A stretch of 64,000 nt of DNA from Eledone cirrhosa. Taxonomy: Eukaryota. The stretch covers positions 100,688,001-100,752,000 of the forward strand of contig OZ024744.1 in assembly GCA_964016885.1 (NCBI GenBank), written 5' to 3'. Of the stretch, positions 26,451 through 41,178 are shown piece after piece. The notes beneath the pieces were generated by a model. The model was not told where the DNA came from, ran no database searches, and was given only the letters and a program-made list of their open reading frames with translations. A program made the position numbers and the translations under genes. The stretch's first letter is position 1, and every line of letters begins with the position of its first letter.

Positions 26451-26679
26451 TTAACCCCTTAGCATTTACATTACTCTATATTTACTATTGTAATTTCATG
26501 GTAAAGGTTTTATTTCACATAATTATCTCACATAATATTGAATCTATGAGATTTTGATGTTATTTATTTTGAGAACAATACCTTAACTTAAGTATGAGCA
26601 GTCGGTTACAGCCAGTTTGAACAGAAAGAGGTGAGAGAATTCTGGCCAGATATGGCCAGTTTAAATGCTAAAGGGTTAA
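26451..26679. mobile_element. piggyBac-like MITE family (~215-230 bp)
   Basis: TTAA-CCCTTTAGCATTTA...TAAATGCTAAAGGG-TTAA. Copies at 34031-34246, 47146-47361, 48817-49037 and 53954-54169; partial copies at ~15990-16177 and 25887-26102. Confidence 0.88.
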
Positions 26680-26768
26680 AATGTAATATTAAGTTATATC
26701 ATCTAATATTCTGTTTCATATTCAAGTGCAATACTTAGTAAAATCTATATTTATATATTCCATTATAG

Positions 26769-26907
26769 ATAGGAGATAAACAACATTCTGAGTTACAGCA
26801 GTTACGTAGACATATTCGGTCTTGTTTCTCCAGTATCAATTGTTTTTTGATGCCTCATCCAGGCTTGAAAGTTGCCAATGATTTGAAATTTTCTGGATGT
26901 TTAAAAG
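26769..26907 (+). CDS. ATL: Atlastin exon 7
   Basis: 139 nt, ends phase 1; IGDKQHSELQQLRRHIRSCFSSINCFLMPHPGLKVANDLKFSGCLK. Confidence 0.95.
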
Positions 26908-28834
26908 GTATTTCTTTTTACTTTGTTTTGAATTTATCTAATAGAAATAAATCTATATATAAATTTCTGCGATTCTGTCACAACATGTAAAATGAGAGAG
27001 GAGTAGTTTGACTACCTCATACTACTCCTCTCTCTTTACATCTGCTGACTGCATGAATATATGTGTGTGTGTGTAAAAGGAAGGAAGGGGATGGTGAAAA
27101 AAACCATGCTGTGTGTGAGTGTATGTGTATATTTGTGTAAATGTATGTGTGTGCATTTGTGTGAATGTATGTGTTTGTGTTAATCTAAAAACCTTCCTTC
27201 ATAATTTTATTTAACAACTTTTATTATTCCAGTTTAATAATGAGAAAGTTAGTTATATCACTTAATCCCTTTTCTAAATCCCCTATTTTCTAAATTATTT
27301 GAAATCCAAAGACTGCTTAACATTAGAAATATGGTAATGAAAGAGTTAAAATGTTTATATTTATCTAAAAACCTTCCATCATAACTTTATATAAAAACCT
27401 TTGTTAAGTTATGTTCCAAACATCAGCTTAATAATGAGAAAGTTAGTTATATTACTAAATCCTTCAAAATTCTTGATTATTTTCAAAATTATTTTAACTC
27501 CATAAGCTGTGTCTTTTATTAGAAATATGGTAATGAAAAGGTTAATTTGGGGTTATGATAAAAGAAACTTGCCCAAGGTGACACACAATGGGACCTAACA
27601 TATAACTAATGACTTGCAAATCAAGCTCCTTAACCACACATCCATGCCTGCACCCATAAACATATCAGTTGTTCTTACTGCCATTTTCTGTGAGATGTTA
27701 TTGGTTAGATGAGTAAATGGTTTATTACAAGGAAGTTTCCTCATTATCTAGATTCTATATATCCTTCACTTGTATATATATATGATCCCATAACTCCTGA
27801 TAGAGTCGTAGTGGCGCTGTATTGACACACGGCATTTCTTGGGCATTTTAGGCCTGGCAGCATCCATCCCTCTCCAGGCCTGAGTACAGCAAACTTCTTC
27901 CAGAGAAAGATAGAAAGTGAGAGAGAGGAAATGAGAATGAGATATAGAGGAAGAATCAACCCCAGTATTAGACTGGTACTTTTGTTTTCGACCTTGAAAG
28001 GATGAAAGGCAATGTTGACCTTGGTGGGATTTGAATTCAGAGAGCAGAGAGGCAGAACAAATAAAGCATTCTATCCGACGTAACTTCATCATCATCGTTT
28101 AACGTCCATCTTCCGATGATGATGAAGTCATTTGTCTTTAAATTTACATTTTTGATGTCATTGGTCCACTAAACTTTTGATAATTTATGTAAATGTTTTA
28201 CACTTGTCTTTAAATTATCAACTTTCCGTAATTTATCAAAAGACTAGTAAACCAATGACATCAATAATCAATAATGGCAGCTATTGTAACAAATGAATTT
28301 ATGTTTTGGAATCCATGATTGGTATGTATATTGGTATGCTATATATACCAGGATTACTGGAACAATCCACTTTAATTCACATTGCTTCAGTTCACTTAGC
28401 TGGCAAAAATGAGTTGTACCTGTAATTCGAATGGCCAAACTTGTCACATTCTGTGTCACACTGAATCTCCCTGAGAACCACATTAAGGGTACACATGTCT
28501 GTGGAATGCTCAGCCACTTGCTTGTTAATTTCACAAGCAGGCTGTTCCATTGATTGGATCAACTGGAATACTTGTCGTTGTAACCAACAAAGTGCCAGAT
28601 ATTGAAATAATCTTACAAACTGGGAAATTTGTGTTTTGAAAAATTTATGGTGTATAAGAGAAACCCTATAGTTTATGTTAATTACTGACACATGGAAGTG
28701 ATTAAAGATTAAAATGATATTTTATAATAATAAGGAAATTATTGTGTACAGTGCTCAGGTGCTATACAACTCATCAAAGGTGCATGTATAGTACATAGAA
28801 TAATGTACAAATGTCAGGAAAGTGAACAGTGTAT

Positions 28835-29395
28835 CATCATCATCATCATCACCGTTTTACGTCCATTCTCCCACGCTAACATGGGTTAGACGGGTTGTCC
28901 TGTTGTGGGCAGTGTCTAGTCTGCTGACCATGCCTTGCGCATACAGGAACTGATTTGGCTTGATTTCTACAGCTGGATGCCCTTCCTAACACCAACCTCA
29001 TTTACAGTGAGTGCTGGGTGCTTTTTCGTGGCGCCTACACGTCCACTTTACAGTGTGGGCTGGGTGCTTTTTTGCTGTGGCACCTTCATGACCACCATGC
29101 AGTGGGAGGGTGTGGGGGCATATTGTCTACATGCTTCAGCTTGTACCCATGGGAGGTCGGGTACTCTCTGTATTATTGCGTGACGCCAGCGGTCACGGTC
29201 GTGTGTCATCGCCTTTGAGAGGTGTAATTGGGTAAGATCGGCTTTTATCACCTCATCCCAGGTCATCTTGGGTCTCCCCACTCCGCGGTTTCCATCGACT
29301 TCTAGTGCTCTGCACCTTTTTATGCAGCTGTCATCCTTCATACGCATCACATGTCCATACCAACGCATCCGCCTCTCCTGCACACAGCATTTGAT
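28835..29395 (-). mobile_element. RTE 3' fragment inserted in an older CR1-like remnant
   Basis: QERRMRWYGHV..GRPKMTW plus UTR and (GAT)n. Flank 29470-29532 reads WNKLPVSVVSCRDTASFK on the minus strand. Confidence 0.85.
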
Positions 29396-31155
29396 AAGTC
29401 ATGATATACATGTGTGCGTGTGTATGGAAGGGGAATATTAGATATAGTGTTGGCAAATTTCAGGAAACATGGAGGTTTTTAAAGGATGCAGTGTCTCGAC
29501 AGCTAACAACTGATACAGGTAGTTTGTTCCATGCATGAAAAATGTTTCCGAAAGTCATGGGAGCTGTGCTGTTTTCTGACTTTTGAGACAATATTTTACA
29601 GCCAGATACCTTTAATGGCTTCAGTCCTTTTAGTCACTTCTTACAACATAGTGAAACAGTGTTGGCTTCAGTCCACTTCTTACAACATAGTGAAACAGTG
29701 TAACTATTCAAAAAACCAGGATAGACATTGAATGATATATGTAAATATACATCCTAGATGAACGTACAACGTACTTTCACAATCTATTTTGTTGCTTGTT
29801 TTTAACTTCGGAGAACTGACAAATATTAGTCTGTTAAGAATTACTAAATCCAATTTCCTTGTGTAGTATAATGCTTTCTTATATAGGCACAAGGCCAGTA
29901 ATTTTGGGGGGAGGGGAAAGTCGATTAAATCAACCCCAGTGCATGACTGGTACTTTATTTTATCGACCCCATAAGGATAAAAGGCAAAGTTAACCTCGGC
30001 GGGATTTGAGCTCAGATCATAAAGAGCCGTAACTCTATGCTGCAAAGCATGGAATCCGACCCTCTACCTTGTGTAGTATAATGACAGAGAAAAAAATCCT
30101 CAAATCCTAACATTTGGGATATCTTGACGCCATCATCATCATCTACTATTGGGATATCTTGACGCCATCATCATCATCGTCTTCATCAACATTTTACATC
30201 TGCTTGCTGCTGATGGTAATAACAGAAACATCCTTATGTGCACATGCAGCAAACTGTAGGATCCCCATAGATTCAAATAAACAAATTACATGAAAACCCG
30301 CCGAGGTTGATTTTGCCTTTCATCCTTACGAGGTCGATAAAATAAAGTACCAGTAATGCACTGGGTAATTGCTGGCCTTGTGCCTAAAGTAGAAACAATT
30401 GTTACATAACTCGATGGATTGGCAGTATCGGTAGAGGGTCGGACGCCATGCTTTGACGCATAGAGTTACGGCCCTTGCCATTCTGAGTTCAAATCCCGCC
30501 GAGGTTAACTTTGCCTTTCATCCTTACGGGGTCGATAGAATAAAGTACCAGTAATGCACTGGGTAATTTCTGGCCTTGTGCCTAACGTAGAAACAATTAT
30601 TACATAACTCTTCAACATGTATTTACAAATGACATACAGGATTAAATATATGAGTCTCTCTTTTCCTTTGTCCTGTAACTCTTGAGGGAGTTGTAGGGTG
30701 TCATGTTGACCCACAGAGTTTCTAGGGCATTATTAAACCTGGCAGAGCCAGATTTTACTACAGTAGATTTCTTCCTGCTAAGGATAGAAAGAGTGAGAGA
30801 ATGGAAGTGAGAAAGAGATATAGAGGAAGAATCAACCCCAGTATTAGACTGGTACTTGTTTTATCAACCTTGAATGAATGAAAAGCAAAATTGACCTTGG
30901 TGGTATTTGAACTCAGAGAGCAGAGAGACGGAACGAATACCACAAAGCATTCTATCTGACATTCTAACGACTCTGCCAATTTGCCATCTATTAATGAATG
31001 AGTAACTTTGGAGAAATAATTATTTACAGAGACAAATGTAAGGTTAGAACCTGGGAGCTTGTCACTGGAAAGTAAACTTCTTATTGTAGCAGCATGACTG
31101 TTAGACTGTTATAGGAAATGTATTGTGTGTATGTTTGTGTGTGTAAAGAGTTACA

Positions 31156-31237
<82 letters not shown>

Positions 31238-31317
31238 TATATACATATATATATATATACAAAAACATGTGATATAGGAAATGTATTGTGTGTATAAACT
31301 TTAAAGTGTTACAGACA

Positions 31318-31373
<56 letters not shown>

Positions 31374-31386
31374 CACACAAACACAC

Positions 31387-32862
31387 TCTTAGAAAATTAG
31401 GAGTAGATGAATGGCTTGTGAAAGCTGTACAAGCCATGTATAGAGGAGCAGTCAGCAAAGTTAGAGTTAGCAATGAATATAGCGAGGAATTTAGCGTACA
31501 GGTTAATGACCACAAGGACTCTGTTCTTAGCCCCCTCCTGTTCATTATAGTTTTGCAGGCAATAACGGAGGAGTTTAAGACCGGATGCCCATGGGAACTC
31601 CTGTATGCAGATGACCTCGCACTCATAGCTGAATCTATGGTAGAACTAGAGAAGAAATTCCAAACTTGGAAGCAGGGACTAGAAAGAAAGGGTCTCAAAG
31701 TCAACATGACAAAGACTAAGGTCCTTGTAAGTAGACGAGAAAACAGAACCCAGATTCCCTCAGGGAAATGGCCTTACTCAGTATGTAGGAAAGGTGTAGG
31801 TAGGAACTCCATCCTCTGCCCCAAATGCAAACAATAGGTACACAAAAGATGTAGTGGGATCTCAGGAACCTTAATTAAGAATGTAGGCTTCTTATGTAGC
31901 AGCTGCGCTGGAACAGCAAGCAGCAAACAGCCATAGGAAACAAACACCACCAAACTCTGGGAGGGCTCTGTAGAAACAGTAGACAGTTTCTGCTACCTAG
32001 GTGACCGAATTAGCAGCGGAGGTGGGTGTTCTGAAAGTACAATAACTAGGGTAAGAACGGGATGGAAGAAGTTCAGGGAACTACTGCCACTGCTAGCTGC
32101 AAAATGCTTTTCCCTCAAAATGAAAGGCAGACTGTATGATGCGTGTATACGAACAACAATGTTACATGGTAGTGAGACCTGGGCGCTGTCTATAGAAGAC
32201 TTGCGTAGATTAGAAAGAAACAAAGCCTGCATGCTCAGATGGATGTGTAATAGTAACATATGTGAATGACAAAGCATAAATGAATTGAGAGAGAGACTGA
32301 GCATAAGAGGAATCAAATGCTGTGTGCAGGAGAGGAGGTTGCATTGGTATGGACATGTGATGCGTATGAAGGATGACAGCTGCATAAAAAGGTGCAGAGC
32401 ACTAGAAGTCGATGGAAGCCGCGGAGTGGGGAAACCCAAGAAGACCTGGGATGAGGTGATAAAGGCCAACCTTACCTAATTACACCTCTCAAGAGCAATG
32501 ACACATGACCGTGACCTCTGGCATCACACAGTAATACAGAAGACCCGAGCTCCCCACGAGTACAAGCTGAAGCTGAAGCATATAGACAATATGCCCCCAC
32601 CCCCTCCCACTGCAAAGTGGTCGTGGAGGTGCCACGGCAAAAAAGCACCCAGCCCACACTGTAAAGTGGACGTGTAGGCGCCACGGAAAAAAGCACCCAT
32701 CACTCACTGTAAATGAGGTTGGTGTTAGGAAAGGCATCCAGCTGTAGAAATCAAGCCAGAATCAGTTCCTGTACGAGCAAGGCATGGTAGCCGACCAGAC
32801 ACTGCCCACAACAGGACAACCTGTCTAACCCATGCAAGTGTGATGATGATGATGATGATGAT
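31387..32862 (+). mobile_element. 5'-truncated RTE LINE with stop codons
   Basis: VLSPLLF..LYADDL..KTK..CRKGVGRNSILCPKC..WYGHV, then 3' UTR and (GAT)n. Confidence 0.92.
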
Positions 32863-33244
32863 ATTAGATTAGAAATATGGCAATGAAAGGGTTAATAGAT
32901 ATACAAACACATGTAGTGTATCATTATTATTGTTATTATGTTCAAATCCCGTCGAGGTTAACTTTGCCTTTCATCCTTACGGGGGTCGATAAAATAAAGT
33001 ACCAGTAATACACTGTGTAATTGCTGGCCTTGTGCCGAAAGTAGAAACAATTATTATTGTTATTATGGTTGATTAACCCTTTCATTGCCATATTTCTAAT
33101 GTAATACAATTTATTTGTTATTTGAATTAATTAATGAAGAATTTAGAAGGAGTTTCTAATTACTTCATTATTAAGGTAGTATTTGTAACACAGCCTATCA
33201 AAGAGTTCTTGTTGAAAATTATGTTGGAATTTTTAAATTTAAAC

Positions 33245-33955
33245 CAGAGGTTCTCAAAGTGGGTGCTACCGTCCTCCCCTGGGGGCATTGAGAAGGTCCA
33301 GGAGGGTGTTGGGGCCTAAGGTGGCAGTCGGGGATTTTGAGATGATATAATAGTATATTAAATTTCAAATGATACATATTATATATATATATATATAGTA
33401 GAATAAAAATTATATAATATTTGTATGTACAGTATATTTGATAATATACTGTATGTTTAATTAAAAACATTTTGAAGACCATTCGCTAAGTAGTGACTAT
33501 GTCACTTACTTATTCTCGGCAAAAACAAAATTTATAGATAGTATATATTATATTAAGTAAACTTTTATTATACAAAGCATATAAATAAATTTACAGTAGA
33601 ATAACATAATAGATATGTTTTAAATATATACATAAATAACATTACAAATGCTTAGATAACATTATAAATTGCTTGCGATTCTTTCAGAAGGATATATTCT
33701 TTTAATGTTGCAATATTAAAGAAAATATAAAACAAGGGGTGAACAACGGAGCCAACACCAGTATATATAAGTTAACAATTTTATTTACAATTTGTGTGTA
33801 GGCAGGTCTCTCTGGAAATAGGGTTGGGGGGTGCTGAAGGTATTATATGCCCGTGAAGATATTATATGGTGCTGAAGATATTATATGGTGCTGAAAGTAT
33901 TATATGGTGCTGAAGGTATTATATGGCAGTGGTCCAAAAAGTTTGAGAACTTCTG
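33245..33955. mobile_element. Non-autonomous hAT (Charlie-like) element
   Basis: TIRs CAGAGGTTCTCAAA / TTTGAGAACTTCTG with a perfect 8-bp TSD ATTTAAAC. Confidence 0.88.
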
Positions 33956-35680
33956 ATTTAAACTCTTTAAAATGGCTGGTTTTATTTCATAGAACTAGAG
34001 CCAGTTTGGGCCAGGTTGGTATCAAAAGGATTAACCCTTTAGCATTTACATTACTCTATATTTACTATTATATTTTCATGGTAAAGGCTTTACCTCACAT
34101 AATATTGAATCTATGATATTTTGATGTTATTTATTTTGAGACCAATACCTTAACAACAATATGAGTGGCCAGTTACAGCTAGTTTGAACAGAAAGAGGTG
34201 AGAGAATTCTGGCTGGATATGGCCAGTTTAAATGCTAAAGGGTTAACAATTAGCAGAAAGAAAATAGTCAGAGAAGGAAATGTGTATCACACACCGTAAC
34301 AAGGGGTACAGGGTGCCGGACTTCTTTCAAATAATTTTCCAGGCAAACCAACACACCCGTAGCTTTTTAACAGGTGATAATGATGCAAAGTCAGTTATTT
34401 ATATCATGAAATAAATCTCTGGTGTTAATGGTCGCCTCTTTGTCTCTAGACGTATGTCTCTACTTGTGTGTGTAATAATAGTATTTCAATTATTGTGTGA
34501 TTGTATTTATTTCTCTATTGTATATGTATGTATTATATATATTTATTACTGCGTTGTGTATGTATGTATTATATATATATATTTACTTCTGTATTGTATA
34601 TGTATGTATGCGTGTGTGTGTATCATATGTATTTATTTCTGTGTTGTATGTGTGTGTATGTGTGTATGTATGTAATATATATATGTGTATGTATGTATTA
34701 TATATTAAGCTATTGTAATTTGAATGATGTATAATTTAATTGTTGTTATTACTACTTTTCGTTTTGTTTCTGGTTTTTTTTTTCATTTTATTCATCTCTT
34801 TTCTTTTTTTCTTTTGTTATTGTTCTTTCCTTTCACGTGAAATATATCCCAATATTTATTTCTATAGAATAATAAATAGAAGTGGATTAACTAACAACAC
34901 TTCTTTTCCATAATAATGACTTTATTTAAAAAAAAAAAAAAAAAAAAATTATTTAGGTTACCGTAACATAATTTTTACTTGTGATAATTTTGTTGTGAAT
35001 TATTGTATTTCTTTGAAGTTTCTTCCCCTTATTTGTCATGATATTTATGTTAGACAGGTATGTTACTGCAAACTCACCTGGCTGTTATCTACTATTATTT
35101 TCTATATAGTATGTCAGACCTCACATGGTCATGTAATCCTTAGGTTATGTTCGTCTATATTACAATTATGTGAGATGTGGATAAAAATACTACTGGCCAA
35201 AAATCACTGGGTCAAAACCCCCAATACCACCAGAAAAAAGTGCTACTGGTAAAAAATCTCCAGGACAAAACCCCTACTTCGACCAGATAAAAATACTACT
35301 GGTCAAAAATCCCCAGGACAAAACCCCACTCCCACCAGATAAAACTACTACTGGTCAAAGTCCCCAGGACAAAACCCTCACTCCCACCAGACAAAAACAC
35401 TACCAGCAAAAATCTCTAGGACAATAGTAAAAACTCCAGAACAAAATCCTCTTCCCCTAGGACAAAATCCCCACCCTGTGAAAAAACAAAAAATATTGGA
35501 CAAAACCTCCAGAACAAAATCCCTAGGAAAAAATCCCCACCCTAGGTAGGGTGTGGATTTTTTCCTAGAGAAATTTTATTCTGGAGTTTTTATGTTTCTT
35601 TTTTTCATGACCCCAACTGCTGGACATGTGGTAATGTTAGAAAGAATTAGTTCATTTTTTTTTTATCCAATCATTTCCAG

Positions 35681-35808
35681 ACATTGAACCTGACTTTTGC
35701 CATCACTTAAAGATTCTGGTGGAACATTTACTGGCTCCTGAAAAGCTAGTTGTGAAAGAAATTAATGGCTCACAAGTTTCTTGTCGAGAGCTTGTAGAAT
35801 ATTTCAAG
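35681..35808 (+). CDS. ATL: Atlastin exon 8
   Basis: TTTCCAG acceptor, GTTAGT donor, 128 nt, completes the phase-1 Asp codon; [43 protein letters not shown]. Confidence 0.95.
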
Positions 35809-36399
35809 GTTAGTAAATTGTTTCTTACTTTCTGATGCTAAATTCCGCCAGTTGTAGACTGCGTATCAACATGTGATATCTCTCCCCCACAAAGTTCGAT
35901 CACCAGCAGCAGAATTCAAAGAGCAAAGATCAAGTCCAGTCCATAAGTTGATATTGTCAAGCCATCGTTTTGGCTGCCGGCCTCTGCTTCTCTTACCAGC
36001 CAACCTTCCTTCTAGGCATAACCTACTCACACCACAAGTTGATTTTTTATATGGCCGTATAGTTTGAGTACTCTTGACTTGACAATTGTTTCTTTTTAAA
36101 ACCTAAACAGAGTTTCTGTCTAATTGGCATAATTATTCTGTCAGCATGATAGATATTTCATTTATATTCTTTTGGTTAACTTTGTTTACAGAATTTCATC
36201 TTTTTTTTTTTTTTGCTTTCACAGTTTATTATCGTATAACAAATATCATCATCATCATCATTTAAGATCCATTTTCCATGCTGCCATGGGTGGGACAGGC
36301 TGTCCTGTTGAGAGATCCAGGTGGAAGGACTGAGTTTGGCTTGGTTTCTACAGCTGGCTGTCGTTCCTAACATCAACCACATTTACAGTGTGAGTTGTC

Positions 36400-36970
36400 G
36401 TGACACTTACATGACCACTATACAGTGTGGGCTGGGTGATTTTCGTCATGGACACCTTCATGACCACTTTAGAGTGTGGGCTGGGTGCTTTTTGTCGTGA
36501 CACCTACATGACCACTTTACAGTGTGGACTGGGTGCTTTTTGTCGTGACACCTACATGACCACTTTACAGTGTGGACTGGGTGCTTTTTGTCGTGACACC
36601 TACATGACCACTTCACAGTGTGGACTGGGAGGTTTTTGTTGTGTCACCTACATGACCACTTCACAGTGTGGACTGGGAGCTTTTTGTTGTGTCACCTACA
36701 TGACCACTTTACAGTGTGGACTGGGTGCTTTTTGTCGTGACACCTACACAACTTTACAGTGTGGACTGGGTGCTTTGCATCATGTCACCTACATGACCAC
36801 TTTACAGTGAGGACTATGTGCTTTTTGTCGTGACACCTACACAACCACTTTACAGTGTGGGCTGGGTGTTTTATGTTGTGACACCAACATGACCACTTTA
36901 CAGTGTAGGCTGGGTGCTTTTTGTCATGAGACCTTCATGACCACTTTACAGTGTGGGCTGGGTGCTTTTT
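36400..36970. repeat. 48-bp minisatellite within an RTE-type 3' UTR (minus)
   Basis: Unit GACACCTACATGACCACTTTACAGTGTGGACTGGGTGCTTTTTGTCGT, ~12 copies; preceded by an RTE-like tail at 36245-36390. Confidence 0.9.
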
Positions 36971-38269
36971 GTCACGTCGCCAAATATATTTAATTGACTA
37001 AATAGAAGTACATACATAAAATCAATTTTATCTATTCTTCTTCTGGATATTAATGCTTCCATGACTGTATTTCTCATGAAGTATATTCTACTTCAATTTA
37101 TTCATGAAGATTTTTTAGGGAATTATTAACAAATTTATTTATTTATTTAAAAATAGATGGCTTGGAATGAGTTGATATCAGAAGGGTTAAGAATATTTTC
37201 AGCCATTATTACAAGATAAGCAGCTTACTATGAGGCCTATGTGTGAATTCTTGTGACAATAAGGGCCGAACCTTGGTACTTATAAAATACAGAACCTAAA
37301 ATATTGTTTACATGACAACCATGGATGGCTTGCCGAACAAAGGGTTGGGAGAACCCATCACTTGTGTCAAGGACATGACAGCCTCTTAATGTTGCTGATC
37401 TACAAGATAAATGCACCAAGGACACTCAGTAAAGTGATTGGTGATAGGATGGGCATCTCACCATAGAAATCTTTCCAAACAAAATTGTTGGGAGGGCCCT
37501 CAGTTGTGTCAAAGACATGACAACCTCTCCTGTGCACTTGATGGAATGTGAGACCATACATAAACGAGACGATGACCCCTGGTCTACCTGGGAGGTTGGT
37601 AGCTCCACTTCAGTTCTGACTTGGTCTACATAGATTCATCCAACCCTTGCTAACAGGGAAAGTAGATGTTAAAACAATGAGGATGATGATGATGATGATG
37701 ATGACAAAATGGACATGTGTTTATACACTCTAAAATTAAATTGAAAAATGTGTACTGTGTATTTCATTAGAAATATGGTCATGAAAGGTTTAATATGATG
37801 TTTAACAGTCATATTCCTGTATTTGGACTCATCTATAGCACATTCAGCTGTTCATTCTTTTTAGTTAAGGTTTTAGAGGTGAATTCAGACTGGGTTTTTT
37901 TCTTCTGTTTTTCTTTTTATTTTTGAATATGATGACAAAAGGCACGCAGTCTGCACTGTATAATGGTCTTGTTGATGTTGTGACAAAAATAATCCAGCCC
38001 ACACTGTAAAGTGGATGTGAAGGTGTCATGATAAAAAGCACACTGTCCACGCAGTAAATATGGTTGGCATTAGGAAGGGCATCCAACCATAGAGTCCAAG
38101 ACAAAATCAGTTCTGTTTGCGGAATACACGGTCACCTGATCTAACTTACCTCACAACAGGACAACTTGTCTAACTCATGCTAGCATGGAAAAATGGACGT
38201 TAAACAGTGATGGTGATGATGATGAGTTATTGTGAGTGAAATTGTCAACAGTAACATAAATCAGCCAAC

Positions 38270-40430
38270 AATAATGTAGAACCAGTGACATTAATGTAGA
38301 ACCAGTCACAATAATGTAGAACCAGTCACAATAATGTAGAACCAGTCACAATAATGTAGAACCAGTCACATTAATGTAGAACCAGTCACATTAATGTAGA
38401 ACCAGTCACAATAATGTAGAACCAGTCACAATAATGTAGAACCAGTCACATTAATGTAGAACCAGTCACAATAATGTAGAACCAGTCACATTAATGTAGA
38501 ACCAGTCACATTAATGTAGAACCAGTCACAATAATGTAGAACCAGTCACAATAATGTAGAACCAGTCACAATAATGTAGAACCAGTCACAATAATGTAGA
38601 ACCAGTCACAATAATGTAGAACCAGTCACATTAATGTAGAACCAGTCACATTAATGTAGAACCAGTCACAATAATGTAGAACCAGTCACAATAATGTAGA
38701 ACCAGTCACATTAATGTAGAACCAGTCACATTAATGTAGAACCAGTCACAATAATGTAGAACCAGTCACAATAATGTAGAACCAGTCACAATAATGTAGA
38801 ACCAGTCACAATAATGTAGAACCAGTCACAATAATGTAGAACCAGTCACAATAATGTCAACCAGTCACAATAATGTAGAACCAGTCACAATAATGTCAAC
38901 CAGTCACAATAATGTAGAACCAGTGACATTAATGTAGAACCAGTCACAATAATGTAGAACCAGTCACAATAATGTAGAACCAGTCACATTAATGTAGAAC
39001 CAGTCACAATAATGTAGAACCAGTCACAATAATGTAGAACCAGTCACAATAATGTAGAACCAGTGACATTAATGTAGAACCAGTCACAATAATGTCAACC
39101 AGTCACAATAATGTAGAACCAGTCACAATAATGTCAACCAGTCACAATAATGTAGAACCAGTGACAATAATGTAGAACCAGTCACAATAATGTAGAACCA
39201 GTCACATTAATGTAGAACCAGTCACAATAATGTAGAACCAGTCACAATAATGTAGAACCAGTCACAATAATGTAGAACCAGTCACAATAATGTAGAACCA
39301 GTCACAATAATGTAGAACCAGTCACAATAATGTAGAACCAGTCACAATAATGTCAACCAGTCACAATAATGTAGAACCAGTCACAATAATGTCAACCAGT
39401 CACAATAATGTAGAACCAGTGACATTAATGTAGAACCAGTGACATTAATGTAGAACCAGTCACAATAATGTAGAACCAGTCACAATAATGTACATCCAGT
39501 CACAATAATGTAGAACCAGTCACAATAATGTCAACCAGTCACAATAATGTCAACCAGTCACAATAATGTAGAACCAGTCACAATAATGTCAACCAGTCAC
39601 AATAATGTCAACCAGTTACAATCATGTAGAACGAGTCACAATAATGTCAACCAGTCACAATAATGTCAACCAGTCACAATAATGTAGAACCAGTCACAAT
39701 AATGTCAACCAGTCACAATAATGTCAACCAGTCACAATAATGTAGAACCAGTCACAATAATATAGAACCAGTCGCAATAATGTCAACCAGTTACAATAAT
39801 ATAGAACCAGTCACAATAATGTAGAACCAGTTACAATAATGTAGAACCAGTCACAATAATGTAGAACCAGTCACAATAATGTAGAACCAGTTACAATAAT
39901 GTAGAACCAGTCGCAATAATGTCAACCAGTCATAATAATGTAGAACCAGTCACAATAATGTCAACCAGTCACAATAATATCAACCAGTCACAATAATGTA
40001 GAACCAGTCACAATAATGTACATCCAGTCACAATAATGTCAACCAGTCACAATAATGTACATCCAGTCACAATAATGTCAACCAGTCACAATAATGTAGA
40101 ACCAGTCACAATAATGTCAACCAGTTACAATAATTTCAACCAGTCACAATAATTGTTTCTACTTTTGGCACAAGGCCAGCAATTAAACAGTACATTACTG
40201 GTACATTATTTTATCAACCCCGTAAGGATGAAAAGCAAAGCTAACCTCGACGGGATTTGAACTCAGACCATAAAGAGCCTTAACTCTTTGCTACAAAGCA
40301 TGGCGTCCGACCCTCTACCGATACTGCCAATCCACTGCCCTTTGAACCAGTCACAATAATGTAGAACCAGTCAAAATAATGTCAACCAGTCACAATAATG
40401 TAGAACCAGTGATGGTAATGTCAGTCAGTC
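38270..40430. repeat. 19/20-bp minisatellite (~100 copies) interrupted by a SINE
   Basis: AATGTAGAACCAGTCACAAT and variant AATGTCAACCAGTCACAAT; SINE A at ~40152-40340. Confidence 0.97.
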
Positions 40431-40461
40431 GTAATAATGTTATTATTCTTATATTTTCAAG

Positions 40462-40518
40462 GTCTATATGAAAATCTATCAAGGAGAAGAATTACCAGAA
40501 CCAAAATCAATGTTGCAG
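40462..40518 (+). CDS. ATL: Atlastin exon 9 (GTPase to three-helix-bundle linker)
   Basis: 57 nt; VYMKIYQGEELPEPKSMLQ. Confidence 0.95.
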
Positions 40519-41118
40519 GTAATTTTATTGTAACTTCCATTTTTTATTTGGAAATATTCTTAGTTTCCAATTTATTGACTGACAAAAAATACTTTTGTGA
40601 TTAAGTTTCAAATCATTAGAATATGAAATGTTGATATTGTAAGTTATGAAATTCCATATGGCTTTATCTGTGGGGCTTACGATCATAATGTTGTGGGTTT
40701 GATTCCTGGGCTGGGTTATGTGTTCTTAAGCAAAACACTTCATTTCATGTTGCTCCAGATCACTCCATTTCATGTTGCTCCAGTATACTCAGCTGAAAAT
40801 GAGTAACAGCAATAGCTGGGGAGTTTAACCCTGAAATGTACTGGTGTCCTGTCCAGGGGAAGTCTTGTACTCTCTGTTGCTTCACGCCAAGAAACCAGGA
40901 TAAGCACCGGTCTAACGAGCCTTAAATGGCTTAAGACTCAGATTCATCTACAAGCACACACACAGATGTGTGTGCTGTGTAAAATCATGCCATGTCAAGA
41001 CCCCTTAACTCCTAATGGAATTATAGGAGTGCCATCATGGCACACCCACATGTGTTAGGCATTTAAGCTGGTGGAACCCATTTATCTCTATGTCAGAGCA
41101 CAGCTCATTTTCCAGATA

Positions 41119-41178
<60 letters not shown>

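Noticed and set aside
38270-40430. CRISPR-like periodicity in the minisatellites
   Set aside because: Head-to-tail units with no unique spacers, no cas genes, eukaryotic context.
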